This document shows, piece by piece, positions 50,463 to 61,910 of a DNA stretch of 64,000 nt. Source of the stretch: Blastocladiella emersonii ATCC 22665 (Eukaryota; Fungi; Blastocladiomycota); NCBI GenBank assembly GCA_025594325.1, contig JANHCV010000003.1, positions 2,170,001 through 2,234,000 of the forward strand. The letters are read 5' to 3'. A model generated the notes under the pieces. That model was not told where the DNA came from. It worked only from the letters and a program-made list of their open reading frames with translations, and did not search any database. The position numbers and the translations under genes were made by a program. Each line of letters starts with the position of its first letter. Within the stretch, counting starts at the first letter, position 1.

Positions 50463-51137
50463 ATGTCATCGACCGCCCATCAACAGCAATCGCGCCGCGC
50501 GCGCGTCGTCGTCCTGATCTCGGGCAACGGGTCGAACCTGCAAGCGCTGCTGGACGCGGCGACGACGTCGGGCGGCAAGCTAGCGCACGCGGACCTGGCG
50601 CTGGTGGTGTCGAACCGGAGCACGGCGTTCGGTCTGACGCGGGCCGCGCGCGCGGGCGTGCCGACGCTCACGTTCCCGCTCAAGCCGTTCCGCGACGCGG
50701 GCAAGTCGCGCGAGGCGTACGACGAGGCGCTCGCGCAGGCGATCCTGGCGCACCCGGCGCTGCACGGCGCCAAGCCGGACCTTGTGGTGCTCGCGGGGTG
50801 GATGCACATTCTGAGCCCGGCGTGGCTCGCCCATTTCGCGGGGCGCGTCATCAACCTGCACCCGGCGCTGCCCGGCGAGTTTGACGGCGCCCACGCCATC
50901 GAGCGCGCGTACAAGGCGAGCCGCGAGGAGGGTGGGATCACGCGCACCGGGTGTATGGTGCACCACGTCATCCCCGAGGTCGACAAGGGCGAGGTCATCA
51001 TCGCGCGCGAGGTGCCCATCCACAAGGACGATACGCTCGAGGCTCTCGAGGAGCGGATCCACGCCCAGGAACACGTCCTGATCGTCGACGGCGCCGTCGA
51101 GTTCCTCAAGCAGCACGGGTTCGGCGCCCAGGCGTGA
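50463..51137 (+). CDS. ADE8: Phosphoribosylglycinamide formyltransferase (PurN/Ade8)
   Basis: VVVLISGNGSNLQAL, DLVVLAGWMHIL, INLHPALP and TGCMVHHV..VDKG. Confidence 0.95.
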   Translation: MSSTAHQQQSRRARVVVLISGNGSNLQALLDAATTSGGKLAHADLALVVSNRSTAFGLTRAARAGVPTLTFPLKPFRDAGKSREAYDEALAQAILAHPALHGAKPDLVVLAGWMHILSPAWLAHFAGRVINLHPALPGEFDGAHAIERAYKASREEGGITRTGCMVHHVIPEVDKGEVIIAREVPIHKDDTLEALEERIHAQEHVLIVDGAVEFLKQHGFGAQA

Positions 51138-51228
51138 GTCAGTGGCGGTTCACGTCGCGCGTCTCGCCGCGACCGCATCCTCTCTCTCTCCCGTTTTGAA
51201 CAATGTATACTAGCTTTGAATGAATCAA

Positions 51229-52460
51229 ATGGATGATCCACCGCCACCGCCCACTCCGTTCCACGTCGTCACACAGCTGTCGCAGCGCGAGCGCACCAAG
51301 CTCGTCGAGGCCGGCTTCACGTTCGCCGAAGAGATTCTCGCCTTTTCCGTGAGCGAGCTCGCTGCTGGTACCACGACCCGCCGCCACCCACCGCCCTGAA
51401 CCCCACCGCTGACCGACCCTCGCAGCCGTGCAGGTGAGCGAGCCCGTCGCCAAGAACATTCTCGCGACGCTGACCGCCGTCCTCGCGCCGCCGCCGATCG
51501 CCACGGCAGCCGAGCTCCTCGACGCCTGCTCCGCCCCCGAATCCGTCCTGCCGACGGGGTTCCCCGACCTCGACGCCGTCTACGGCGGCGGGATCCCGCG
51601 CGGCTCCGTGTTCGAGATTGCCGCGCCGCCGGGTGTGGACGACGCGGCTGTCATGTACGTTTGCTCCTCGCTCGCCTCGCGGCCAGCCGCTGACCTCGTC
51701 GTACGCGTGTAGCCTGCACCTCATCACACACACGCTGCAGACCACCGGCTACCAATCGCGCATCGTGGTCGTCGACGCCCACGGGACCCTGATCCGCGCG
51801 ATCCAGTCGGCCGTCGACGCGCTGCCGCCGGGCACCGCCGCCGCATGGTCGTCCGCACTCGAAGTCCACCGCGCCGAAGACCTGACGGCGCTCGTCTCGC
51901 TCCTCGACCACCTCGCCTCCCGCCCCACCTCCCCGCTCTCCTCGCCGCCGGACCTCCTGATCGTGCACCAGTTCACGTCCGTGTTCGATTTCCAGGACAA
52001 GATCGCGCGGTCGCGCCTGGTGCACGTCTCGGGCGCGCAGCTGCGGTTCATCGCGGGACGCGGGCCCGCGGTCGTGCTCGGGACGCGCGTCGCGCCGCGC
52101 GCAAGGTGGATGACGCCCGCGAGGGGGAGTGTCAACCCGTGGGCGTCGATTGCTGCCGACCGCGTGGTTCTCCACCCGTTGGCGGGGAGCGCGGGGACCC
52201 AGATCGCGGTCACGCTCGTCAAGTCGACGGCGGCGTGTGGTGCCGGGCATACGGTGCCGCTCACGGCGACGGCAGGAGCGGGGGCGGGAGCGGGGGTCAG
52301 TTTGTCGATGGTGCACGTCAGCTCGGACGGGGTTCACCCAGCCTCAACCTCAACCGCGACCTCGGCCGTCCCGATGCCGCCGAGCAGCACGGACCCGGAC
52401 TGGAACGACGACGACGACGCGATGTTCATGATGGCGGCGCAGCAGCTCGACGAAATGTAG
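51229..52460 (+). CDS. RAD51 paralogue (RAD51D/XRCC-like RecA fold) with degenerate Walker A
   Basis: N-terminal HhH-like KLVEAGF..AEEIL, LPTGFPDLDAVYGGGIPRGSVFEI, IVVVDAHG, DLLIVHQF and WASIAADRVVL. Introns near 51368-51432 and 51655-51712. Confidence 0.75.
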
Positions 52461-52489
52461 TAACCCTTTATATCCCTTCCTCCCCATCA

Positions 52490-54426
52490 TTACGTGCGGC
52501 GGTGCTTGACCCGCTGGCGGTCCTCGTCGGCGATGACGCGGTTGACCTCGTCGGGCTCGAGCACGTCCTTGGCGAGCACGGGCTCGGGCTGCGTCGCCTT
52601 GTACGCGGGCGCGATCCAGTACGGGTCCTTGGCGGCCACCTCGGCGTACTTGAGGATCGCCTCGCGCGGGTCCACGTCGCGGTCCATGGGCGCGTCCGAC
52701 GCCGGGCCAGAGTAGATGGACCCGCCGCCGAGCGACGCGGCGAGTTTGCCGCGCTCTACACGCACGGTCACTCAAAAGGTTAGCGATCGCTTGAGCGCAG
52801 TCACCGAGCGAAGAAAAGGAACGTACCTGGCACCATCGGCTTCTTCTTAGCCTCGCCGCGGAGATGCTCCGTCTGCTTCTTCCCGATCCGCCCGTGGACC
52901 TGGATGACGCGGCCGGGCTTGAGCCCCTCGGCGAGCGCCGCGCCCGCGCGCTCCATGAGGATCGCGTCGAGCTCCTCGTCGACGCGTTTCGCGCGCGGCG
53001 CGCGCGTGATGCACAGCTTGACGCCGCGTACACTCGCCGTCTCGTGGTACAGGACGGCGACGGGGCCCGCGGCGGTCGCGATCAGCAGCTGGTGGATCCG
53101 CGGGTGCCAGAAGACTTTCCCCGCGGCGCCGAGCGACGCGTCGAGCTCGACTTCGGCCGCGACCGTGAGTTTCGCCGCGTCGAGGATCCGCACGCGGCCC
53201 GAGGCGAGTCCGAGCGCGAGGTACCCGTCGGCCGGGCTCAGGGCCAGGTTCCCGCCGGTTAGGGGGGACACGGGCGCGTCGGTATGTGTCGCCTCGGGGC
53301 CCTTGGCCGCAGCGGTCTTGAGGTTCCACCGCTTGACCGTGGCGTCGTCGCCGTCGCCGCGCGAGTACAGCGTGAGCGGGTCGACACCGAACTCGAGCGC
53401 GGCGACCGCACAGTCGGCCGCGTGCGCGTTCGCGATCGTGTACACGGGCGCGGCATACGGCCCACCAGCCTTCCAGACGCGCACCGACCCGTCGGCGGCG
53501 CCGCCCGCGAGCCACTGGCCGTCGCGCGAGTAGGCGAGCGCGGTGACGGCGACTTTAGCGGCGGCGCCGCGCGCACCCGTGCCGTGCTTGAAGACGATGA
53601 CGTGCGCGTTCTTGCGCGGTTTCGCCGTGTCCCAGACGCGGATCGTCGAGTCGGCGCCCGCCGTCGCGAACGTGTCGCGCTTGGTCGGGTGCCAGCGGAC
53701 CGCGGTGACCGCGGCCGTATGGCCGTCCGTGTGGCGCGGGTCGCGGATGTACATGTCGCCCTTGGCAAACTCCTTGAGCAGCTTTCCGTCGCGGTCGTAC
53801 TGCCGCGGCTGCACCGAGTGCGGCGCCGCCAGGTACGTGTCGCCCGTCGTCGACCACTGCACGTCCACGACCTGCTGCCCCGCGACGGGCTCGAAGGAGC
53901 GGAACGGGCGAAGCGACGCGTCCATGCCCGCGAAGTCCCACTGCTTGATGCAGTAGTCGGAGCTGCCCGTCACCAGCCGCCCGCCCGCTGGGTCGAGCGA
54001 CAGCGCTGTCACGGCTTTGCTGTGCGCCTTGAGGTGCACCTCGTGCGTCGTCGGGAACGTGTGTCGCTCGTCCTCGTCGTCATCTTCATCTTCTGCATCG
54101 TCGTCGCTGTCGGCGGACTTTTCGGCAGCCGCAGCTGGTGGTGCCTCGGAGGACGACGCGGCAGCCTCCTCGCTCGCCGCGGAATCCTCGACGACCGCGG
54201 CCTCCTCCTCGGCAGGCGCCGGACTAGCCTCGCCCACATCAGCAGCGTCGAGCCACGACCGCTTCTTGCCCTTGGCCGAGCCGCCGAACCCGGTGGGCAG
54301 CATCATGGCGCGCAGCGAGTCCCAGTCGCTCGCGGCGACGCGGCCGGCGCCAGCGGACTTTTGCTTCTTCTTGCCGCCGTCGAGGTCGTCGCGGCCCAAG
54401 CCTGTCTTGCGGGATCCAGTGCTCAT
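52490..54426 (-). CDS. WDR70: WD40 repeat protein WDR70 (Gad1-like)
   Basis: THEVHLKAHSKAVTALSLDPAGGRLVTGSSDY..WDFAGMD..PFR, KGDMYIRD..TDGHTA, and C-terminal DPREAILKYA..DPYWIAPAY..QP. One intron near 52757-52826. Confidence 0.92.
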
Positions 54427-54572
54427 AGTTGCAAGGGCGTTGATTCGTTGCGGCGGGTGGGGGATGAGGGGTCGGAGGAGAAGGCGCGAAGGCCGACTCG
54501 GCTTCGAGCTCATCCTCCGCGTCACTTCGCGGATCACTCGACCGTTAAGGCTTCGGGGCTCCAGGGCAGGCT

Positions 54573-55128
54573 TCAAGGGGCAGACGCCGAGAACTCGATG
54601 TTCAGTACGCGACGTGGTCGCCGAGCCGATGCGCGACGTCGCGGTACTCGGACGACAAGGCGTCCCTGCTGGTTCCGCGGCAGTCCGTGCACGGACCGAG
54701 GACCACGTACAGGTACCGCGCCGGCAGGTGGTTGTTGCGGACCTCGGGGCACCACTTGGTTGCGATGCGCTCGAGCGAGGTGCACGACCCGACGTCGAAG
54801 CAAAGCATGATCAGGTCCGTGGCCAGGAAGGAGGGCGGGCGGAGGCGCGCGAGCGCGACTGAGAAAGGCACGTCGAACATGGCGAGCTGAGTGGCGAGCT
54901 AAAGCAGTGAGCCCTCGACGTCGACCTCGGGGCCTGACCGCTTCACGGAGAAAGGGTGCCGTCGTCAACGACCTGGGCCGACAGGTACGACGTCCGGCCC
55001 GACTTGCCGTCGCCGACCGGCGTCAGACCGACGGTTCGCAGACCTCGCAAGCGATCTTCCGTGTGATTCAAGATGAAGCCATGGTGCGATCGTCGCGACT
55101 GCGGGAGAGAGCGGGCGGTGCGAGACAT
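54573..55128 (-). pseudogene. Degenerate Rho-family small GTPase relic
   Basis: VGDGKSGRTSYL (G1-like), QLAMFDVP..ARLRPPSFLATDLIMLCFDV..SLERIATKWCPEV (Rho core), RDVAHRLG and IEFSA. These are spread over three frames with an in-frame stop. Confidence 0.6.
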
Positions 55129-55547
55129 GTCTCACGCGTCACGTGCCGCTCAGGCGACGCGTTTCGACGCGTCCCGCTGCCTCGCGCTGCGCGTGTCCCA
55201 TTCCCGGTCGCCCGTCGAGTTGCTGCGGTTCCAGAAACTTGCTGCAACTCATGAAGTCGATGCCGCGGGGCACATTTACTCGGCGTAGACCAGACTCTGC
55301 TTGATCGCTCAACCAGACGCTTGTAAGCGTCCATGCACTCTTGCTCATAGACTCGACCTATACGCTCATTGCGACCACAAGACCGTGATCTGGTTCGAAT
55401 ACATTGTCTACGCTGTGACGCGCCGCGATCGACTAACCACCCCGTGTAACTCCTGCCGCCCACCACCATCTCCGCTCAGCCGTACTACGGTTCTCCAAGT
55501 CGCCCCACCATCAACTTCGACAACTACCCGTCGCCGCTACCGCCATC

Positions 55548-58500
55548 ATGCCCGGTCCGGGTGAGAGCTCGCTCTCCCCGCGGGGTACCGAGAAGCTCAA
55601 GGGCGGGGGATCCGAGATCGAGCTGTCGTACAAGACTGTCCGCTCGACGGACTTGCTCACGGCGGGCCAGAGCACTGCCGGTCTCGGCTCGATCCAGGCC
55701 CTCAACGAGGCCAAGACGGCCAACGCCAACAACCGCTTCCAGATCGGTACGCTCGCTCGCGCACGCCGCACCGTCCGCACGCGTAACTGACACTCCATCG
55801 ATCTGTGTAGCCAACAAGGATGGCAAGCGGTCGGGCGCCAACAAGGTGACGGGGAAGCCCGCGCGGCTGCGCAAGTCGGTCAAGCCCGACAACGTGCTGC
55901 TCGGCCACCAGTCGTCGGAGCGCAAGCTGTGGCTGTTCCTCGTCACGATCCTGACGGGCTGGCTGCCCAACTGGGTCCTGCGGCTCGGCGGCGTGCGCGG
56001 CCAGGACGTGATCCAAGCGTGGCGCGAGAAGTTTGCCCTGTGCCTCATCGTGCTCATCTCGTCGGTCCTCGCCATCGGCTGGCTCGAGGTCTCGTCGTCG
56101 CTGCTGTGCCCGTCGGTCGCCAACACCTACAACTACGACTCGGTCAAGGCGTCGCAGAATCTGGTCATCGCCAACGGCAAGGTCCTCGACATTACCCGTT
56201 CGACGACCAACATCGGCCGCGTCCTGAAAAAGTACGTCGGCAAGGACGTGTCGACGCTGTTCCCCGCGTTCGCGCGCCTCGGTCACCCGTCCGACAACTC
56301 GACCACCTACTCGGACACGACCATCGCCGCGTGCATTGCCGACCCGAGCGTCGCCGACAACTGGCTGTTTGCCCGCATCGTCAACGACTGGTCGCGCACC
56401 TACAACCTGACCTCCTCGGGCCGCCTGATCGGGTGCCCGGCGCCAGGCGGCGCGCCGGGCGCCGTCGAGACGTGCTTCTACTCGGACCCGGCGTGGCGCG
56501 ACTTCAGCCGCATGGTCGTCGGCGACCTGCTGCTTGACCAGGACTCGCTGTACCGGACCTTCAACCAGACGACCAAGCCCAACTACGCCGTGATCCTGTC
56601 CAAGGCGTACGACGTGACCCAGTACCTGCGGCACGCCATCATGTACAGCACCGACGACGTCAACTCGGCCAACTTCGCCACGGTGCCCATCAGCCCGCGG
56701 TCGCGGTACATGTTCCTGCCGCTCAACGTGACGCTGCCGCTCGCGCGCGCCGCAGGCGCCGACGTGTCGAGCAGCTTCAACCAGGCCAGCTCGCCGACCT
56801 ACACGCGGTGCCTCGACAAGCTCTTCTACGCGGGCCGCGTCACGCCGCCCATCTTCCGCACCATCTGCGGGTTCGGCAACCCGCTGCTGCTCGCGTTTTC
56901 GGGGTGCATCTACTCGATCGTCGTCATCAAGTTCCTCGTGTCGCTGCTGTTCCAGTTCAACGTGCGCCCCGCCATGATGAACGCGTACTGCCTGTGCTTC
57001 GTGCCGTGCTACACGGAGGGGTACACGATGCGCGTGACGCTCGAGACGCTGGCGGCATGCGACTACCCGGACGACCGCAAGCTGATCGTGGTCGTGTGCG
57101 ACGGCAACATCAAGGGCAAGGGCAACCCGCTGCCGACGCCGCAGATCGTGCTCGACATTCTCGGGTGGAAGGGCGAGGAGCCCGAGCCGCAGTTCTACCA
57201 CGCGCTCGGCAAGGGGTCCGACAAGATCAACATGTGCAAGGCCTACAGCGGCTGGTACGAGTTCAACAAGCACCGCGTCCCCTTCATCGTCATCGCCAAG
57301 GTCGGCAAGCCCGACGAGGCCAAGAAGCCCAAGCCGGGCAACCGCGGCAAGCGCGACTCGCAGCTCATCCTCATGAACTACTTCAACAAGCTCCTCATGC
57401 ACCGCGAGCTCTCGCCCTTCGAGTACGACCTCTACTACCACATGAAGCACGTCATCGGCGTCGCTCCGCAGTCATACGGTACGTTCCTCATTTCTCCGTT
57501 GACCGTGGCGCGGTCGGGGTGACGGGGGTCTGGGTCGCGTGGCCGCGGCCACGCTCGTCGCGATGGCCACGGCCGCTCGCCGCCCTGATTTTGACTCACC
57601 ACTCTCGACTCTTCGCATTGTAGAGTACTGTCTCATGGTCGATGCAGACACGGAGGTCGAGCCGGACTCGATGAACGAGCTGGTCGCGGCCATGGTCAAC
57701 GACCAGCGGAAGATCGGCGTTTGCGGCGAGACGCAGGTCAGCAACAAGTGGACCAGCTGGGTGACTATGATCCAGGTACACGAGTACTTCATTAATCACT
57801 CTCTTGGCAATTACGTATTGTTTTCGCGTGTATCTAGCGTCCCGCGAGTCGCCCGGGTGACTGGGTGACTGGCGGGGTCGCTGGAGTCGATTTGACCACC
57901 TTGTGACCCCAGACTAACATGTCGTGTGACCCCCTATAGGGCATTCGAGTCCATGTTCGGCAGCGTTACGTGTCTTCCTGGGTGCGTGATCCAGTTGCGG
58001 AGCAACTTGCGCGACGAGAAAGCTGACGGCGGCCATGAGCAATAGGTGCTTCTCCATGTACCGCGTGTGCAACGCCAAGGGCGAGGCCTTCCTCGTCAAC
58101 GACGTGATCATCGAGGACTACCGCATCAACAAGGTCAGCACGCTGCACTCGAAGAACCTGCTCCACCTCGGCGAGGATCGCTACCTGGTACGGTTGCGTG
58201 GCCGCGCGAGTTGTGACCGCGCTAACTTCGTCCGATTCAATGCTGTAGACGACTCTGCTCCTCAAGCACTTCCCGAACAACCGCCTCGAGTTCATCCCGT
58301 CGGCCGTGTGTCACACGGACATCCCCGACTCGTTCGACGTGCTCCTCTCGCAGCGCCGCCGCTGGATCAACTCGACGTTCCACAACCTGTACGAGGTCAT
58401 GAAGCTGCCGCGACTCTGCTCGGTCTGCTTCATCAGCATGAAGACGCTCGTGTTCATGGATCTGCTCAGTACGCTGGTCCTGCCCGCCGCGACCATCTAC

Positions 58501-60024
58501 CTCTACATCATCGTGATCCGAGCCATCATCGGCGGTATCGAGCAGTATGCCGTGGTCCTCATCGGCGCCGCGGGTCTCTACATCACGCACCTCATCATCA
58601 TCCTGCTCGTCACCCGCAAGTACGAGTACGTGCTCTGGATCACCGTCTACATCATCCTCGCGATGCCCGTCTTCTCGATCATCCTGCCTCTGTACTCGGT
58701 ACGTTCTCCTCGCGCGAACCGGTCCCGTCAAATCGATTTCGCTAACTTGTTCTGGTCCCGAAACACTAGTTCTGGCACCAGGACGACTTCAGTTGGTACG
58801 CTGAATTCACCCGCGCGACCTTGATGAACAAAAGTTTCACCTGCGAGAACGTGTAGGGGCGCGACGCGACTGATCGAGGGCGGTGACGATGGCCACCACG
58901 AGGGCGAGGCCAACGGCCAGATCAAGAACATCGAGGTCAAGCTGATCGCCGACTACGAGGCCGCCGATGTTCGCCTTCGCGAGCGCCGCACCTCGTCGCC
59001 CGCCGGTCCCGCTCCCGGAACGCAGGTTACGGTTCCGACGAGCCCCGTCGTCATGGTCGGCGGGCACGTGGTCGGCCAGATGATGTTCGCGATGCCCATG
59101 TCGCCGGCCGGCGGCCCCATGAGCCCGCAGGGCGCGCCCGCTGGGTTCGTCATGTACCAGCCGATGGTCATGGGTCCGAACGGCGTCCCGATGGCCGCGA
59201 TGCCCATGGGCATGGCGCCCCAGCAGCAGTACGTCGGGCAGCCGCAGCAACAGTACCCGGCCCAGATGCAGCAGCAGCAGATGGTCGACCCGCACACGGG
59301 CACGGTCCGCGCGGCACCCATGGTCGCGCCCGACGCGGGCTACGGCCAGCAGCAGATGCAGCAGTCGCAGCCTCAGCAGCCGTACTACGACCAGAACTAC
59401 CAGCAGCAGCAGCAGCCGCCCGTGCAGCAGCAGCAGGTCCCCGACGTGCGCCGTCCATCGTACGAGCAGGGTCTCGCCGTGTCGACGGCGATTCCGCCAC
59501 CGCCCGCCATCAACTACCCGCAGCAGGGCCTCGCGCCGGCCGGCAACACGATCGCGGGCACCGTCGGCGCCGCGTTCGAGCAGCTGTACCGCGACCTGCA
59601 GCTCAACGACGGCATCACGGACTCGAACAACACCGGCTACCCCACCGACTCGAACATGAACCACGGCGGTCCGGCGAACGGCATGTACGACACGTACCAG
59701 GGCCCGCCGCCGCCCCAGCAGCAGTTCTACGACCAGGCGCCCGCGCCGGTCCAGCCGCAGCAGTACTACGACCAGAGCACCGTACCGGCTCAACAGCAGC
59801 AGTACTACGACCAGGCGCCCGCCCCAGCCCAGCCGCAGCAGTACTACGACCAGACCCCGGCGCAGACCGGGTACGCGTCGCCTCCGCTCCAGCAGCCGTC
59901 GATGGGCTACGCGACGCAGCAGCTCAGCGCACCCGGGATGGGTGCGACCATGTTCGGCGGGAACACGGTGGGCGCGGCGTTCGCTGAGGCGTTCAAGGCG
60001 CTCCAGGACGACCAGCAGCAGTAG
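55548..60024 (+). CDS. CHS: Division-2 (class IV/V/VII-like) chitin synthase with cytochrome-b5-like domain and Gln/Pro-rich tail, multi-exon
   Basis: [70 protein letters not shown] and FWHQDDFSW. Confidence 0.93.
59716..59872 (+). repeat. Four imperfect ~13-codon repeats encoding QQ(F/Y)YDQxPAPxQP in the chitin synthase tail
   Basis: CAGCAGT(T/A)CTACGACCAG recurs four times with ~39-nt spacing. Confidence 0.85.
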
Positions 60025-60397
60025 TTGGTCAGCTTCGAGATGGGCAGGGTGATACTTCGTTGGGAATATAAAGACTTAATAGCAAGATGCCGAGAATTGC
60101 ATCAACTCGGGTTCTCCGCCCAACGAACCGACCACGCCGCTCATGAACTGTTTTTTTTTTTTTCACGTTTTCGGCTCGAATAATAGCTCGGGCAATTCCG
60201 TATTGAGAGGGGCCACGCATCGAGAATGAGCTTTTGCCGAGGTTCTTATTTACCCTTAAGTCAAACGTTCCAAACTATATCATATTGGTCACGTGAGTGG
60301 CGCGGCGCGTCCTGACGCGTCCCGACGCGTATCCCAAACGGATCGGTGGAACGCAACCGCTTCTCCTCAGTTTTCTTGCACCGCCAGCTGCTAAATT

Positions 60398-61910
60398 ATG
60401 GTCGATGCAGAGACGGAGGTCGAGCCCGACTCGATGAACGAGCTGGTCGCGGCCATGGTCGACGACCAGCGGAAGATCGGCGTTTGCGGCGAGACGCAGG
60501 TCAGCAACAAGTGGACAAGCTGGGTGACTATGATCCAGGTACAGGGGTACTTCATTAACCAGCACCTCGTCAAGTTATGAAGCTACCCACTATCGTTGCA
60601 GAAACGATGCTCATCGTAACTCGTGCTTTGAACCAGGCCTTCGAGTCCATGTTTGGCAGTGTCTTCTGCCTCCCCGGGTGCTTGTGCGTCTTCTCCTCCG
60701 TATCTACCGTTCCCGACGTAAAACTGACGAACTTCTTCTTGATCGGCTAGCGATCTTCCGTATTCACAACAGCAAGGGCAAGTCGTTTCTCGTTCACGAC
60801 TCGATCCTCAAGGATTTCAGCGCGAACGCGGTCACTCTGCACTCGAAAAATCTTCTTGATCTCGGCGAAGACCGGTATCTGGTACGTGGGCTTATAATCG
60901 CGCGAGTTTTCGTAACCCTCGCCCTTGCGATCGCGAACGTGGACGACGCTGCTCCTCAAGCACTTTCCGAACCACCGCCTCGAGTTCATCCCCTCGGCTC
61001 GCTGCTCCACGGACATCCCTGACTCGCTCGACGTGCTCCTCTCGCAACGCCGGCGCTGGATCAACTCGACGTTCCAAAACATGTACGAGGTCATGAAGCT
61101 TCGGCAACTCTGCTCGACCTGTTTCGTCAGCATGAGTGTGTTCATGGCCATGGACTATGCCTCGATCTTTGTGCTGCCGGCGACGACGCTCTACCTCTAC
61201 TTGATTGTCGCACGGGCGTTGATTTATGGCATCGAGCGATATGCCTTCGCCCTCGCGTGTGTCGCTGGTTTCTACGCAACCCATCTCGTCATCATCCTGT
61301 CCGTCAAGCGCCGCTACGAGTACTTGCTGTGGATGACTGTCTCCATCACTCTCGCCCTGCCAATCTTCTCGATCGTCTTCCCGCTCTACGCGGTACGCCG
61401 GCATCAGCTTCCGGGTTCGCAGCTCTCACTGACGCCGTGGTCGCTTGTAGTTCTGGCATCAAGGCGACTTTAGCTGGCGCGTGCACTTTAGCTCATCGAC
61501 ACTGCGCTGGACTCACCTCAGGGTCATGCAGGGGCGCGACTCGCTTGATCGAGGGCCACGACAACGATATCCATCAAGTTAACGACGTGCAGGAACAGGT
61601 CACGCACATTGAGATCAAACAGATCAGCGAGCACGAAGCAGCGGATCCTCGTCTCTACAAGGTCCGTCGCACGGGTCTCGCTTCCGCCATAGCCGCGACG
61701 CGTTCCATCACGATGGTCGACGCGTCCACAAGTGCTGCCGGTTCTATACGCATGTACGTGCACCGCGAACAACCGCGAAGCCGTGTTCAGCTGTCGCGAC
61801 TGTTCCACCAGCAGGACCAGCAACGCGTCAAGATCACGGCTGCCGTCACGTCACGCGTCGCTGCCCCACACTTCCCCGAAGCAATCCACCTGGAGCGACA
61901 GCATCGATGA
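60398..61910 (+). pseudogene. Partial tandem duplicate of the chitin synthase catalytic/C-terminal half
   Basis: The [39 protein letters not shown] exon is nearly identical to 57636-57790. EDRY and QRRRW are retained. There is no N-terminal half, an in-frame TAA lies just upstream, and the first intron has mismatched splice phases. Confidence 0.75.

Noticed and set aside
59716-59872. Regularly spaced repeats as a possible CRISPR array
   Set aside because: The repeats are in-frame coding repeats of a eukaryotic gene, the spacers are similar to each other, and there are no cas genes.
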